Shown here: positions 1 to 13,409 of the stretch, one piece after another
Layout of the letters: every line of letters starts with the position of its first letter
Position numbering within the stretch: position 1 is the first letter of the stretch
Assembly: GCF_009834535.1 (NCBI RefSeq)
Contig: NC_045696.1
Location: 62,188,001 to 62,252,000 of the forward strand
Direction of reading: 5' to 3'
Length of the DNA: 64,000 nt
From: Camelus ferus
Taxonomy: Eukaryota
Made by a program: the position numbers and the translations under genes
Notes under the pieces: generated by a model
Database searches by the model: none
Seen by the model: only the letters and a program-made list of their open reading frames with translations
Told to the model about the DNA's origin: nothing

Positions 1-471
1 ATTTTTCAAATTCAAAAAGGCTTAATGATTTTCCTTCAAAGGGGAGTAATCCTTGGAAAGTGTGTGGTGCAATTCAGTTAATGGGTTAAACATTAGACAT
101 TTCAGTATTAGCTTTTCATAAAGATGTTTACCCATTTAAGATGGTCATTAAATATACATCATACGTCTACACAAACATACATCTTCTAACAGGGGTATCA
201 GGAGATCTGAGTGATACTATCAATATTCTGCCCTCGACTCAATAAGCAATCTTAAGCAAATCAACTCACTGTTGCTTTTCTAGATAAAATCCAAATTCTT
301 AAACATGGTCTATGAGGTCCTGCATTGTCTGGTCCATCCAGCTATATAGAATCACATGCAGTTCCCAGAATGTACCATGCCCTCCCATGCTTGTATTTTT
401 TGTTTTGTTTTGTTGTGGTTCTTTTGCCTGAAACACTTCTTTCCATATGCCTCGTTAACTCCTCCTTGCCA

Positions 472-1030
472 TTTAAAATACACATAACATAAAAACGATC
501 ATTTTAACCACTTTAAAGTGTACAGTTCAGTAGTGTTAAGTACATTTGCATCACTGTTCAACCAAATTCCAGAATTCTTTTCATCTTGCAAAACAGAAAC
601 TCTCTACCAATTGAACAACTCTCCCTTCCCTCCTCTCCCCAGCCCCTGGCAACCATCATGCTACTTTCTGGCTCTATGAATCTGACTACCCTCGGTACCT
701 CTTGTAAGTTGAATCATACAGCATTTGTCTTTTTGTGACTGGCTTATTTCATTTAGCATAATGTTCTCAGGCTCACTCATATTATAGCATGTGTCAAGAT
801 TGCCTTCCTTTTTAAGGCTGCATAATATTTCATTGTATGTCTACACCACATTTTATTTATCTGTTCATCTGCCAATGGACATGTGGGTGGCTTCCACTTT
901 TTTGGCTGTTGTTAACAATGCTGCTATGAACATGGGTGTACAAATGGCTCTTTAGTATTCTACTTTCAATTTGGGGGGCTATACATCCCAATGTCAAATT
1001 GCTGGATTATATGGTAATTCTATTTTTATA
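472..1030 (-). mobile_element. L1MB-type LINE-1 3' end fragment
   Basis: Typical L1MB 3' UTR/ORF2-end sequence in antisense (aaaatacacataacataaaa...gtgtacagttcagtagtgttaagtacatt...gctgctatgaacatgggtgtacaaat...ggattatatggtaattctattttt). Confidence 0.85.
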
Positions 1031-1589
1031 GCCTCCTTTATAAACCTTGCTTTTTTATACTTCTTTTCCCCATATTAATAATAAGCCACTGTTTTACAGA
1101 GTGGCTTTTATTATCCAGAGGATTTTTTTCATTTGACTTGCTTATTTAATTGGTTGCTTCCAATTCTCCATTAGTAATAACAATGATAGATGGGTCAGTA
1201 TTCATTCATACGGTGAATTCTTAGAAGTGTAACAACTAGGTTAGGGGAGTATACACTTTAAGGTTTTGATGCATAGGGTTAACAGCACATGCACAAACTT
1301 CTAGAGGCTTTTTTAATGTCTTATCAGCCTCTGTTGCCAGCCCTGTGCCAGCAGGGCAAGGGCCAGCAGCTTGAGGATCTCATGGCATGTTTAAACTTTA
1401 CCCCTAAGGAAAATAATCTTTATATCAAAATTGTTATTCAGAAGTGAAAGGTGTTGTGTAAGTCATCAGTCACAAGAAACAAGATGAATGATCAGATCTT
1501 GCTGCTTAAATTTTCAATTTATATAAGTGATATCAATTCCACTTTAGAATGGTACTCCTAAATAAACATAAGTCCCTTCAAGTTTGTAT

Positions 1590-1750
1590 ATGTTACTTTT
1601 CAGTTTACAAACCACTTCCAGTTACATTCCTCAAAATTATTCATTACTTTCCCTGGTTTACACATGAAGAAATTGAGGCCCAAAGAAGTGACTTGCCTGA
1701 GGTCACAGAGCTGATAACCAGTTTCTTCTGGTTCCAAGTTCATTACTTTT
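1590..1750 (-). mobile_element. MIR SINE fragment
   Basis: Antisense MIR core: tttacacatgaagaaattgaggcccaaagaagtgacttgcctgaggtcacagagctg. Confidence 0.7.
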
Positions 1751-1974
1751 CAAATTACAGATGATTCATTTACCAGTCCTTGAGAGCTAATCACAATGAG
1801 TAAGCATAGTACAGGCTTTTCTAAGACTGTCCTTTTTTTCAAGCTGAAAAGAGGTGGTAATGGTTCGGGGAAAGCATCTGAAAGCTGTGATTTAATAAGG
1901 AGCCATTTTGTGGCTGATTCATAGTATGGAAATACAAATAGCATTTCTTCGTTCCCCTAGAATTGTGCGACATG

Positions 1975-2200
1975 CTGGTACAGTGTGGTGTCAAGCATGG
2001 TGGGCTCTGGGGTCAGCCTGCTTGGATTTGAACCTTGGCTCCACATCACAAGTTATGTGATCTGAACAAGGTAACCTCTCTGTGTTTATGTTTCTTCACC
2101 TATAAAGTAGACGATAACAACTCCCAGCTCACTAGATTATTGTGAAGATTAGATGAGATAATGTGAGTGCCCGGCACACGCTAATTGCCTGACGCATAAC
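1975..2200 (+). mobile_element. MIR SINE
   Basis: gggctctggggtcagcctgcttggatttgaaccttggctccac...aacctctctgtgttt...gtttcttcacctataaa...ttgtgaagattagatgagataatgtg matches the MIR head and core. Confidence 0.75.
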
Positions 2201-2349
2201 AGCTTGTATTGCTAGTGATGAGGACCTGGGTAATACTGTTCCTCTGTTTTATCCTGGGGAGTAGGGGACATGGAAAGGGCCAGTGCAGAACAAGGTAAGA
2301 GTGAAAATAGCCTTCTCTGATGCCAGCTGATTAAAAAACATAATTAAAA

Positions 2350-2965
2350 GTCTTCACTAGTAGACTATTACTGGTTTTCAGAAATTTGGTTACAATACGG
2401 TCTGGTATAGTTTACTTTATGTTTATTGTGTCCTGTGGTTTGTTGAGCTTCTTATATCTGTAGGCTTATAGTTTTCATCAAATTTGAAATACATTTGGCC
2501 ATGATTTTTTCCAATGATTTTCTACCTTCCTTTCTGGGACTCTAATTACAAGTATGTTTAACAGCTTGATATCGTTCAACAGATCACTAAGACCTTGTTC
2601 AATATTTTCCTGCCTTTTTTTCTCTCTGCGCATCATTTTGGAGAATTTGCATTGCTATGTTTCTGAGTTTATAGACCCTTTATTTTGCAGTGTCTAATCT
2701 GCTATGAATCACATGAAAGCATAATCATTTCATTTCAGATTTGTATTTTTTAACTCTACAAATTTCCACTTGGTTCTTTATGGTATCTTCCATTTCTCTC
2801 CTCATGATACTCATTTTCCATTTAATCTTTGAGCATATTTATGCTAGCTATTTTAAAGTCCTTGCCTGTTAGTTCTACCCCCCGTCATTTATGGGCCTGT
2901 CTCTATTTCCTGTTTTTTCCCCTTGTTGTAGGTTGTATTCTCCTGCTTCTTCTTATGCCAGGTGA
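2350..2965 (-). mobile_element. Old L1M fragment (5'/ORF1 region)
   Basis: T-rich antisense L1M-like sequence (ttttcatcaaatttgaaatacatttggccatgattttttccaa...ttctgggactctaattacaagtatgtt). Confidence 0.65.
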
Positions 2966-4069
2966 ATCTGCTCAGGAGTGGACTGCTTCTCCAGAATCTG
3001 AGGCAAAAAGATAGAGAAGGGAAAACACATAAAGAGGAGTGACACTGGCTCCTGTCAGAGAAAGGTCCAAAACAAAAAGATTCTACCTGCATAGAAGCAA
3101 TGGCAATAGCTCCTTTCATTTATACAGCACATTGAGGTTCACAAAGCACTTTCCCCTCCATTATCCTCCATCATGTACATGACATCCTTTCTTGGTAACT
3201 GGGACAGGTATTATTAACACCAGGTTACAGATGAGAAAACTGATGCTCAGACATACTTATGTGACTTGGCCAAAGTCATATTCACTCAGAAGTCTAAGGG
3301 CCGTTGTTAACATTCTTACTGACCTATAACCTTTTCTATTTAGGTGTTTTGGAAAAAAGCTTAGATTCTCTGCCTCAAGAAAATTTGATGCACACAAAAA
3401 CCTGATAGAATTTTAGAGTTCTTTAACCTGCTCCCATCTCTTTGTTAGATTATTTATGGAAGACTAAAAGATATTTGCCACCACTACCAATTTGTTAGTT
3501 CCTCCCAGAGTATAAAAGACATTGTGTAGTGGCTTGGGAGAATTCAATAGTGCTTTCCTCATAAACATACTGGTATTTACCAGCAGGGAGTCCACTGATG
3601 TCTTCCAATAATCCTGGGACATCTAACTGACCTTCAGTCATTAATTAGCCCTTGCATTATTGCTATACTGCAGCCCTTGTTTTCAATTTAGGAGAATCTA
3701 GTCTGAAAATGGTTGAATGATTTATACCTAGTGTAGTATAAATTAGACTAGGATTCATTCCCCCCCCCCCTTTTCAGTGAATTATATCAGCAAATCAGGA
3801 TTTACATTAGTAGTTGTAGAACTTTTTCTTTTTAGCAAAAGAATACCTTTAAAAAATAAAATCTTAAGTGGAGCCCGACTGCATAACACAAATAAAAGTG
3901 GAACTGATCTGGTTGAAGATGCGTAGGACTGGGAGAGGCACAGTGCCACCAGAGTCCTGCCCTCATGGAAAGCCCTTTAGATCCCGCATGGTAAACTTAA
4001 GTCCCTTCTGCTGAACCCCAGAGCTCCAAAGAATTTGGAAAAAACATTGACCTGTATAATAAAATTAAA

Positions 4070-4310
4070 ACATCCATTCATCCATCTATTCATCCTTCCT
4101 TCTATCCAAACAACATTTACTGAGTCCTCACGGAGTGAGATCCTGTGTTAGATATTGGGAAAGCAGTGGTAAAGGATATGGGGAGAATACAAAGGTGAGA
4201 CCACATCTCAAGGAATTCACAACCTAGGAGGAATAAGTCCACAAAGTACTATAATACGGGGTAGAAAAGCTACATGCCCCGAGAGAGGTTCAGATCGAGG
4301 GCCGTGGAGA
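4070..4310 (-). mobile_element. L2 LINE 3' end fragment
   Basis: cattcatccatctattcatcc...caacatttactgagtcctcac..., the L2 3' terminus in antisense. Confidence 0.65.
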
Positions 4311-4789
4311 CATTCTCCTGACTTGAAGGCACTACATAAAGTTCAGAAAATTCAACAATAATGATAAAAACCATAAGTGGAAGTCTTTGTCCTGTGAAAC
4401 TTAAAAAAAAGATTTCAACATGTAGAAATTATCTCTGAGAGAAAGGATTATGGTTAGTTTCTGTCATCATGCTTTAAAAATGTTTTTTTTTCAAGTTTCT
4501 ACACATTATATGTATTACTTTAGCATTCAGAGAAAATCTTAAGAAAAAGAAAGACTATCAATACAAAATGCATGAAATGATATTATCTTTAATGTTGCAG
4601 AAAAACAGAAGATGAAATACTATTTTAAACTTTACTTGTATTATTTTAGTTTGGGTGAGCTTGAAAGGAATAAACAGAAAGGAGCAAGGACTGAAGTATT
4701 AAACTCCTGTTTAGAGACCTCCCATGGCACATTTGTTGGGCATTCTAGATGCTGTATCATCAGCCCCCACTTAACTTACCCCTTACAAC

Positions 4790-5030
4790 CTCCTCTCTAA
4801 ACCTAGAAGGATGCTTTGCTCTTCTCTGTTATCATACGTGTTATTTATTCCTCTATTATTGAAATTTTCACAGTCTGCTTTGCAATGTGTTTGTGGACAT
4901 CCCTGTCATCAGTACCGAGCTAAGAGCTCTTTGAGGGCATAGATAGTTCTCTTTTCATTAGTTTCCCCAGAAGCCTTAGCACAGCTTCAGGCACCTAGTA
5001 GGTATTTGATAAATATTACAGAGAATGAGG
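4790..5030 (+). mobile_element. L2 LINE 3' end fragment
   Basis: gagctctttgagggcatagatag...ccccagaagccttagcacagcttcaggcacctagtaggtatttgataaatatt is the L2 3' end. Confidence 0.65.
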
Positions 5031-5369
5031 AAAAAGAAGCCTGAGATGCTGAGGCTGAATACAATAAGAATAATTCTGAGACTAAAACAAAAAAAAGGGG
5101 ATCAAGAAAGCAGGTGGAATAGGAAGGGACAAAACTTTCCCCAGGTATCGCTTCCTCAAGGAAGACATCTTGTTGACCTCCCTTTGTGCCAAGATCTGTT
5201 GCTACCTCATTTCCTGGGTTCCTATAAGTCTATTTCTCTTCACTTCACAAGGTGTGGTCAAAATTAATTGGGGGGGGGGTGCTACTTTCCTTTAAAGTAA
5301 CAGAAGCTTAATCTGTCAATAAAAATATAAAATAAAAAGAGTGGGGAGAACTTTCATTGGAAGGATGCT

Positions 5370-7010
5370 TGGGAAACTCTTACAACTTAATAATGAGAAA
5401 ATAAACACCCCAATTTAGAAAGAGCAAATGCTAGAACAGACGCTTCACCAAAGAAGATATATAGAATATATATATGATATAGATACATATAGATATATTT
5501 TTTCATATATGTGAAATAAAGGAAATGAAAATTAAAACCACAATGGAATACCATGCCTACTAGCGTGTCATGTCTACAATTAAAGACAGACTAAACCAAG
5601 TATTGGCAAAGATGTGGAACAAGTGGAACTCTCATACACTTCTGATGAAAAGTGAAAATGATACGATGACTTTCCTAAGAAGTTTAATACACATCTACCA
5701 CATAATCTAACTGTTAGGCATTTACACTAGAGAAATAAAAACATACATCTATACCCAGACTTTTCACATCAATGTTCATAACAGCTTTGCTTGTAATGTC
5801 CAAAACTGCAGACCACACAAATTTCCATCAGCAGAAGAATGGATAAACAAATTGTATATCCATAGAATGGAATACTATTTGGCAATGAAAAGGAATTAAT
5901 TATTGATACATATGGATGAATATGAAAATAATTATGCTGAGTGAAAGAAGCCAGACATTCTCTGAAAAGAGCATGATCTCATTTATATAAAATTCTAGAA
6001 AGTGAAAACTAAACTATCATAATGGAAAGCAGATCAGTGGTTGCCTTGGGATGGGTTGAGGGGGAAGGTAGGGCAGGAAGGAGGAGTCAGGAATTACCAA
6101 GAGTCCTGAAGAAACTTTTAGGGGGCAAAGGATGCATTCATTATCTTTATTGTGGTGATGGTTTCAGGATATGTACTTTTGTCAAAACATAAAATCACAC
6201 AGAGTCAATACATGCAGTTTATTGTATGTCAGTTATACTTCAGTAAAGCTTTTTTTTTTTTTAAACGCTAACAAACAAGAATTTCTCTTAAAGTGAAACA
6301 TGCAATTAACATATCCAGCAATTGCACTCTTGGGCATTTAAGCCAGAAAAATGAAAACTTATGTTTACATAAAAAACTATGGTTGTGTTCACAGCAGCTC
6401 GATTCATATTAGTAAACAAAACTGGAAACAAAAGAAATGATCTTCAACTGGGTGAGTGGCTAAACTCTGGTACATTCATACAATGGCATACTACTCAGCA
6501 ATAAAAAGGAACAAGTTATTGATAAATACGAACACTTGGAAGATCTTAAGACTATTATTTGTGATGAAAGACAATCTGCAAAGGTTACATACTGTATGGT
6601 TCCATTTATAATCACAAATGACAAAACTACAGAGATACAGAGCAGATTCATGGTTGCCAGGGGCCAGGGATGGGTTAGGGAGGTGTGACCCTAAAAGGTA
6701 GCACAAGGGAGTGCCTTTGTGGTGATGGAACTAATCTGTATCCTGATTGTTCTGGTGGTTACACAATTTATGTGGGGTCAAATTGAGGAGAAAGACACAC
6801 AACACATTCATACACACAGATGAGCACACGTGAAAACTGCTGAAAATTAAATGAGGTCTGTACTCTACCTAACATCAATTTCCTGGTTTTGTTATTGTAC
6901 CATAGTCATATAAGATGTCACCATTGGGAGAAGTTGGGTTCAAGGGACCCTATGAGCTATTTTTGCAAATTCCTATGAACTATAATGATTTCAAAATGAA
7001 GTTTACAAAC
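5370..7010 (+). mobile_element. Old L1 (L1MC/MD-type) 3' fragments, two adjacent pieces
   Basis: ORF2-end and 3' UTR motifs (ggcaaagatgtggaacaagtggaactctcatacac; atgctgagtgaaagaagccagac; gcagatcagtggttgcc). A second copy of similar motifs starts at about 6270 and ends ...gatttcaaaatgaagtttacaaa. Confidence 0.8.
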
Positions 7011-10000
7011 ATGCATAGCGAAGATTTTTTTAAAAATTATTCTGCAGAGTTGGGCTGGTGAAGTTAAAGCTAAGATACACTTCCTCCCCAAAGCCCTACC
7101 TAATGCCTTTAAGTAGCTAGTATGAGCCAAAGAACAAATTAATTCCTGTTCCTTCTCATGTTAAACAAAGGCAAAACCCCCAAACTGTTGAACAAGTCTG
7201 GGAACATGTAGTCTTGATTGGTCTTATTTCTTTAAGGCAGAAGGCGCGAGAATGTGAGTTTTTAGAAGGTAGGGACAGCGTCTTCATGATTCTAGCATCC
7301 TAGCACAGGGCTTGGCTCATAGGAGCCCAGCAAAGGCTTTTGAAAGGAAGGAAGATAGGGAGAGTGGGAAAAAGAAGAGTAAAGTGAGGGAAGAGACCTT
7401 AGGTAGACCTTGGACTGTCTTCTCTTCTGTGTTGGTGCAGAAAGATCATGTTAATTAATGACAGACCAGTGTATAGGACTGATTCCATGTATGGGGGCAG
7501 GGCGGGCAAGAAGGAAAAGGTCCATTGTGTGAACCTCCATATCCTTAGTGAAAATCATAACTCCTGCTGGACTTCCCTTTCACCGGGGCAAGGGTGCCCT
7601 ATATAGATGAGGCTGTGTCTCTACAGACTAGAGTCAGATTGGTAATGGGAGGGCCTGAGAGTCACTGTAACAGTCTGTAGTGGAAGATTTTAAGGATGAA
7701 TATGAGCTGAGGCCTTGACAGAGAGCCCAGACTCAGCCAAAGATGAACAAATTCCAAACCCATTTCAGAAGTTGGGAGTGAATCCCAAGGGGAACCTATA
7801 ATCAGGAGTCAGATGAAGCAGGCCTGGCGTGATCAGAGACAAGCCTGCACCTAAGCCACAGGGGAGGTGCTCCCTGCCCTCGTCTGTCCTGGTGCCCACC
7901 TGATGGCAGACTTACAGACACAGCCAGAACTGACTACTTCATTGTGACTTATTTCATAAAGGAGTTACCAGAATATGAAGCTTTCTAGAATATCTTGGGT
8001 TCCTCAAAATGTTAGGAAAATAGCTAACATTTATTAGGATTCTCAGGACTTCTTTCCTTAACACTATTTTGAAGACTATGTAATTCAGCTTTGGTAGGCT
8101 GTCTGGGTTCAACGTCATATGACCAGATTGTCCGCTTGTTCTAGTTCTTACCTCCTTCTCCTCCAGGACTCCAAGGTTTTGTGTTTTAAATAGTGCCAGT
8201 CTGTTTGGGGCCTGTTTACATTTCATGATTTGCTTACCCGCCTTCCCCTGTGCCCATGCTACTTCAAGTTCCCCATTTTCTCTCATAGTCCTTTACACTA
8301 GGGCATAGCTGCGCAATTTTCCAGGGCTCAAGGATACAGATTTGGCAGAAATCTGGATATCTAGTTTTTCTGAGAAATCCATTGAACATAATACTGTGAG
8401 GATACATTTTCCTTCATGACAGCTCTTGACTTACATTTCTCATCCATCTTCTTAACCTTTCACATCATTTCCTGAAGCCATTTCATCTTCCTTCTAAAAT
8501 GCCAACCTAAAAATAAGTAATCACACTGAAAAGGATCCAGATGGAAACAGAAAAACATGGACACACTCATTCGGTATGCAAAACATTTTCTATATTTGTC
8601 AGTAGACTTAAGTTTGCTTCTCATTTTCATGTTTGCCTCATCACAGAGGTGTATTTGAGATGAAAAGAAATGTTTCAAACCATCAATTCAGTCTATATGG
8701 CTTTTGACTTCCAGTGGTAGTAGTTTATTTTGGCATGGTAAAAACTTAAGAAAATATCCAGAGATAAATATGACTAACTTATATTTTTATTTAATCAAAC
8801 TAAGTCTTCAGATTATTGTACACACTCTTAAGAAGTATATTTTTGTTCCAGTCAGTTGGGAAAAGAAGGCTGTGTCAAGCTCAGAACTTGGCAAACCTCA
8901 TAATTTTTCTTGGTGTAAGAAGACTTTCTAAGGGCTGTCTTTGGTTTCTCAGACACAGACAATTATTAAGACATGAGAGTCATGAAGACAGATGAGCGCC
9001 ACAGATTACAAGTGAAGCCATAAATGTAAAACAGACTAATCAGGATCCCTAATGAGCTATTATTTTTAGAACGCTCTTGTTTTCTCCTCTTTTTGAAAGA
9101 AAGAAGAGCAACACACATATGCATGCTTTTACCAGAGTGGATTTCATCAGTAAACTTTTTTTCAAAGTGAATCGTCTGGGGCCAGTACACATTTATCTAA
9201 AAAACTACACTTTCGGTATCTACAGTTTACCAGTAGTTTCAGAATTCAGAATGAGAAATTTGAGATGCCATAAGATATTGAATCACCCAAGAGAAAAATA
9301 ACATATTCATTACCAAAATGAGCTATCATTCAACACCATATTAAAACAATGATCAGGATAAAGACTTAAAACAAAAAGTGTTTACTGAATAACTATCTTT
9401 CAGCCAGGAGAAGTCTCATTCCCTAGGCAGCATGATGAATCTGTGAGATTATATTAGAGGGTTGTAAATTTTAGAACCAAATTAATGATCTAAGCCACTG
9501 AAGTCTGCAAATTATTCCCCCACAATTGGAACAAACATTAGCTCTTAAATAGTGTGGCTTTAGCAAATGGCCCATGTGTGAGACAGACCTTCTACTGTTA
9601 AGTTTAATTGTACATGAATTATTGGTCATGATCTGATTATCTTTTAGGCTCCAAAATGCTGCTAAATTTCAAAGTATGGGTGCTGCAAAGGCAACCAAAT
9701 GGTTGGCATGCATATTTTCCTGAAGATGTTGAGCCTTAAAACCAAGCGAGCACACTTTAAATATCTTCAAGGCGACCAAATTACAGCCACTCTAGCCAGC
9801 ATACTCGCACATCCAAATTCCACCATGCAGGTCCTGTCTAGACACAGCCCCGACACAAAGCTGAATGTGGTCTCTCCTCTTTTCAAACTCTCTGAACTGT
9901 GAAAGTGCTACCTCGTGACTACAGGATAGCTGTTCGTTCCCTGGCTGGGAACTTGCTTTTTCTCTTGTGACATGTATTCTATTCTGTAAGGTAGTAATTT

Positions 10001-11991
10001 ATCTACTTTATGCTTTATCTCCCCTACTGGATTATAAACTTTTTGAGTGCAAGGACCATATCTGTTTTATCTTCTTTGACATAACAGAGATGAACAGGTA
10101 AATTATGAAATACTCTCCCAGGTCTAAGTTTCTATTTTTGTGAAATTATTTGCATCTACTAGCGCCTAACACATTGCAGGTACCCAAGAAAGATTTGTGG
10201 ACTGACTGATCTACTGAAAGAATGAACACCTTCAATTATTTCCAAAATTATTACCAGAATTCCACATGGTATCTGGTAGAGAGAGGGCCAAAAAACAGAA
10301 GGTCAACTCTCTAAAGGGCATTCACTGGAATGGAGCCTGGTAGGCTGACCTGCCATCCTCAGTTCACTGTCCATCAGACACCAGTGCCGTCACCATTCCT
10401 CCATTTCACACTATAGGATTTGGTTGCACCCCGTGGCGTCCTGGCAAGCTGTTCCCTGGGAATGTGGCTGTCTGACCCCACGCTAAAAAGGTATTTCAGG
10501 GCTGGAGAGTGCAGAGATTGCCAAAAACTACCCACATCGTTTGGATGTGCGAATAGCAAGCATTAGCACAACTCTCCTCTCCCAAGAAGCAAGGGAAACT
10601 AAAAACAACTAAACCCAAGTGAGGATCTAATGGAAAGAAACCAAATCGAGCACTGTGTTGCTCTCTCTATGCCAAATGCACAGGACTGAATACGTGGAGA
10701 AAACTGTTCTGCTTTCAAAATGCTTCCAAATTTTGCAAGATTTTCTCAGTTTTAATGTTTCATCAATTGTAATCTGTCTGAAAAAGAAATGTCACCTTTA
10801 GAAAAACACAGTCTTGTTTTAGTAGTATATGCAGGAAACCTCTAAATAAATCACTTTCTCACTATGAAATACTTCTTCTGTTTTAAAATCCAGAAGGGAA
10901 AAAAAATTAAGAAGGAAAACAAACTGAGGTTTCAGAATGGTCATTTTCTGTGTTGAACTGGATTTCTAGAGGCCCACTGGCCACCTGCTCATCCTTCATC
11001 CTTAGCCAACCACAGGTGAAGTCAGAAGCACCCAGCTTCAGTGACATGTTTGCAATGCCTCACTTAGAACATTTACCAACTGCTGTTTTTTTCCCACAGA
11101 GTCTCACTATTTCACTATAAATACTAAAAGAACAGGCCCCTTGTTCTCAGGCAAGAAAACACAGAAGCTTCATTTGTTTATTATTTTTAGCCACTATGCA
11201 TTTTGTGTGCTTTATAGCTTCTTGAATGATTGTTTAATTGTGAATATATTGGCATGTGATTTGAGGTCAGCTGTTTGTTCCCTGGGTGGTACAGTCAGTC
11301 CATAATCATGACAGGGAGAAATCTCATTAAAGTTCAAGCTTCAGATTTGAGGCTATCAGCATATAATCTCTTGCTCTTCAAATCCTCTATGTGTCTTATG
11401 AAAAAAAATCAAATTATTTAATTTTCCTTGAATATAGTTTTTAAAGCAGTCTCCCTGTTCTTCATTGCTCTAAAAAATGCACATTGGCAAACCGAAAAAC
11501 TAAAAGCCTCCAATTTTGCTCCCAAAGACAATCACAATTAGTATTTTGGTGCACAGTCTTTTCACCTGGTTGAGGGAGTTCTTTGAATATGCACCAGAAC
11601 AAACTCAAAGTAAGCTTCACCAGGACTTGAAGTGTTGCCATGTTCTTCAAAATCTCTCTCTTTTTTTTTTTTAAAGCTAAAACCACATAAAGCAAGATTT
11701 TCTTTCATTTAATGTTTTCAGTTTGCCACCAGTTTAGAGCTCAAGTGCTCTGTCAGTCATTGGGAAAATAGCATTTTTAAGAAAAAGGTAGATTTCTGCT
11801 ATTTCAAAGCCCATTATAAAAATGCCTTGGCTGATTACATTTCATCCTTTCCTGTTCCTCCCAGATTACCCTGCACCCCACCCCAGCACTTCTTAAACAC
11901 CTACTCTAGGATTCCTTTGTCTGATTCCTTTGCTTCCAATTTTGCCTCTGAAGGGTGAGAGGAGGATCAAAAGGATAATATTGGAAGTAAA

Positions 11992-13275
11992 CTCCCTCAC
12001 ACCATACACAAAAATAAACTTGGCTTAAAAAAAATGGCTTAAAGACTTAAATATAAGATAAGACACAATAAACCTCCTAGAAGAAAACGTAGGCAAAACA
12101 TTCTTTGATATAAATCTTAGCAATGTTCTTTCAGGACAATCTACCTAGGCACTAGAAATAAAAGCAAAAATAAACAAATAGGACCTAATTAAACTCATAA
12201 ACTTTTCCACAGCAAAGAAAACCATAAGCAAAACCTATGGATTGGGAGAAAATGTTTGCAGATGATGCAACTGACAAAGGCTTATTTATAGAATATATAA
12301 ACAGCTCATAAAACTTAATAAGAAAAACATAAACAACCCCATCCAAAAATGGTCAGAAGACTTAAATAAGCAATTCTCCATTGAAGACATACAAGTGGCC
12401 AATAGGCACATGAAAAAATGCTCAATATCGCTAATTATCAGACAAATGCAAATCAAAACTACAATGAGGTATCACCTCACACCAGTCAGCATGGCCATCA
12501 TTCAGAAGTTCACAAATGACAAATGCTGGAGCGGGTGTGGACAGAAGAGACATCTCCTACACTGCTGGTAGGAACGTAGTTTGGTGCAGTCACTGTGGAA
12601 AACAGTATGGAGAGTCCTCAAAAAACTAAAAATAGACTTTCCATATGATCCAGCAATTCCACTACTCGGCATATATCTAGAGGGAACTCTAATTTGAAAA
12701 GATACATGCACCCCAATGTTCATAGTAGCACTACATACAATAGGCAAGGCATGGAAGCAACCTAAATGTCCATCAACAGATGACTGGATAAGTAAGTTGT
12801 GGTATATTTATACAATGGAATACTACTAGCCACAAAAAAAGAATAATGTCATTTACAGCAATGTGGATGGACCTGGAAATCATCATTCTAAGTGAAGATA
12901 GAGAAGGAAAATACCATAGGCTATTACTCATTTGTGGAATTTAAAGATAGAAAAAAGAAAAAAGAGAACACTAATGAACTCACCTACAAAAGAAACAGAC
13001 TCACAGACATAGTAAACAGTCTTATGGTTACCAGGGAAAGAGGGTGGGAAGAGATAAATTTGGGAGTTTGAGATTTGCAAATGTTAACCACTATATATAA
13101 AAATAGATTAAAAAAAACAAATTTCTTCTATATAGCACAGGGAACTAAATCTTGTAATAACCTTTAATGAAAAAGAATATGAAAATGAATATATGTATGT
13201 ATATGTACAGCTGGGACATTATGCTATATATCAGAAATTGACACATTGTAACTGACTATATTTCAATTTAAAAAT
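11992..13275 (+). mobile_element. Young 5'-truncated L1 (ORF2 C-terminus + 3' UTR) with 14-bp target-site duplication
   Basis: Well-preserved ORF2 3' sequence (acaccatacacaaaaataaac...gatacatgcaccccaatgttcatagtagcacta), disrupted by stops and indels. The 3' UTR ends cagaaattgacacattgtaactgactatatttcaatttaaaaa. Direct repeat ATATTGGAAGTAAA at 11978-11991 and 13276-13289. Confidence 0.92.
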
Positions 13276-13409
13276 ATATTGGAAGTAAATAAAACAATAC
13301 TAATAGTGGTCAACTCTGGAAAATTGAAACACAGGCATTGTTTGTATTAGTTTCTATATTCTTAAAGATATTTTTAAAGTTCTAAATATTAATAAAACTA
13401 AACAAAATA

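Noticed and set aside
1402..1557. Possible minus-strand exon (ttatttag ... GGG|gtaaag)
   Set aside because: Stops in all three frames and only moderate splice sites. Not supportable without transcript data.
11129..11147. AGAACA...TGTTCT as a glucocorticoid/androgen response element
   Set aside because: The half-sites are spaced by 7 nt, not the required 3.
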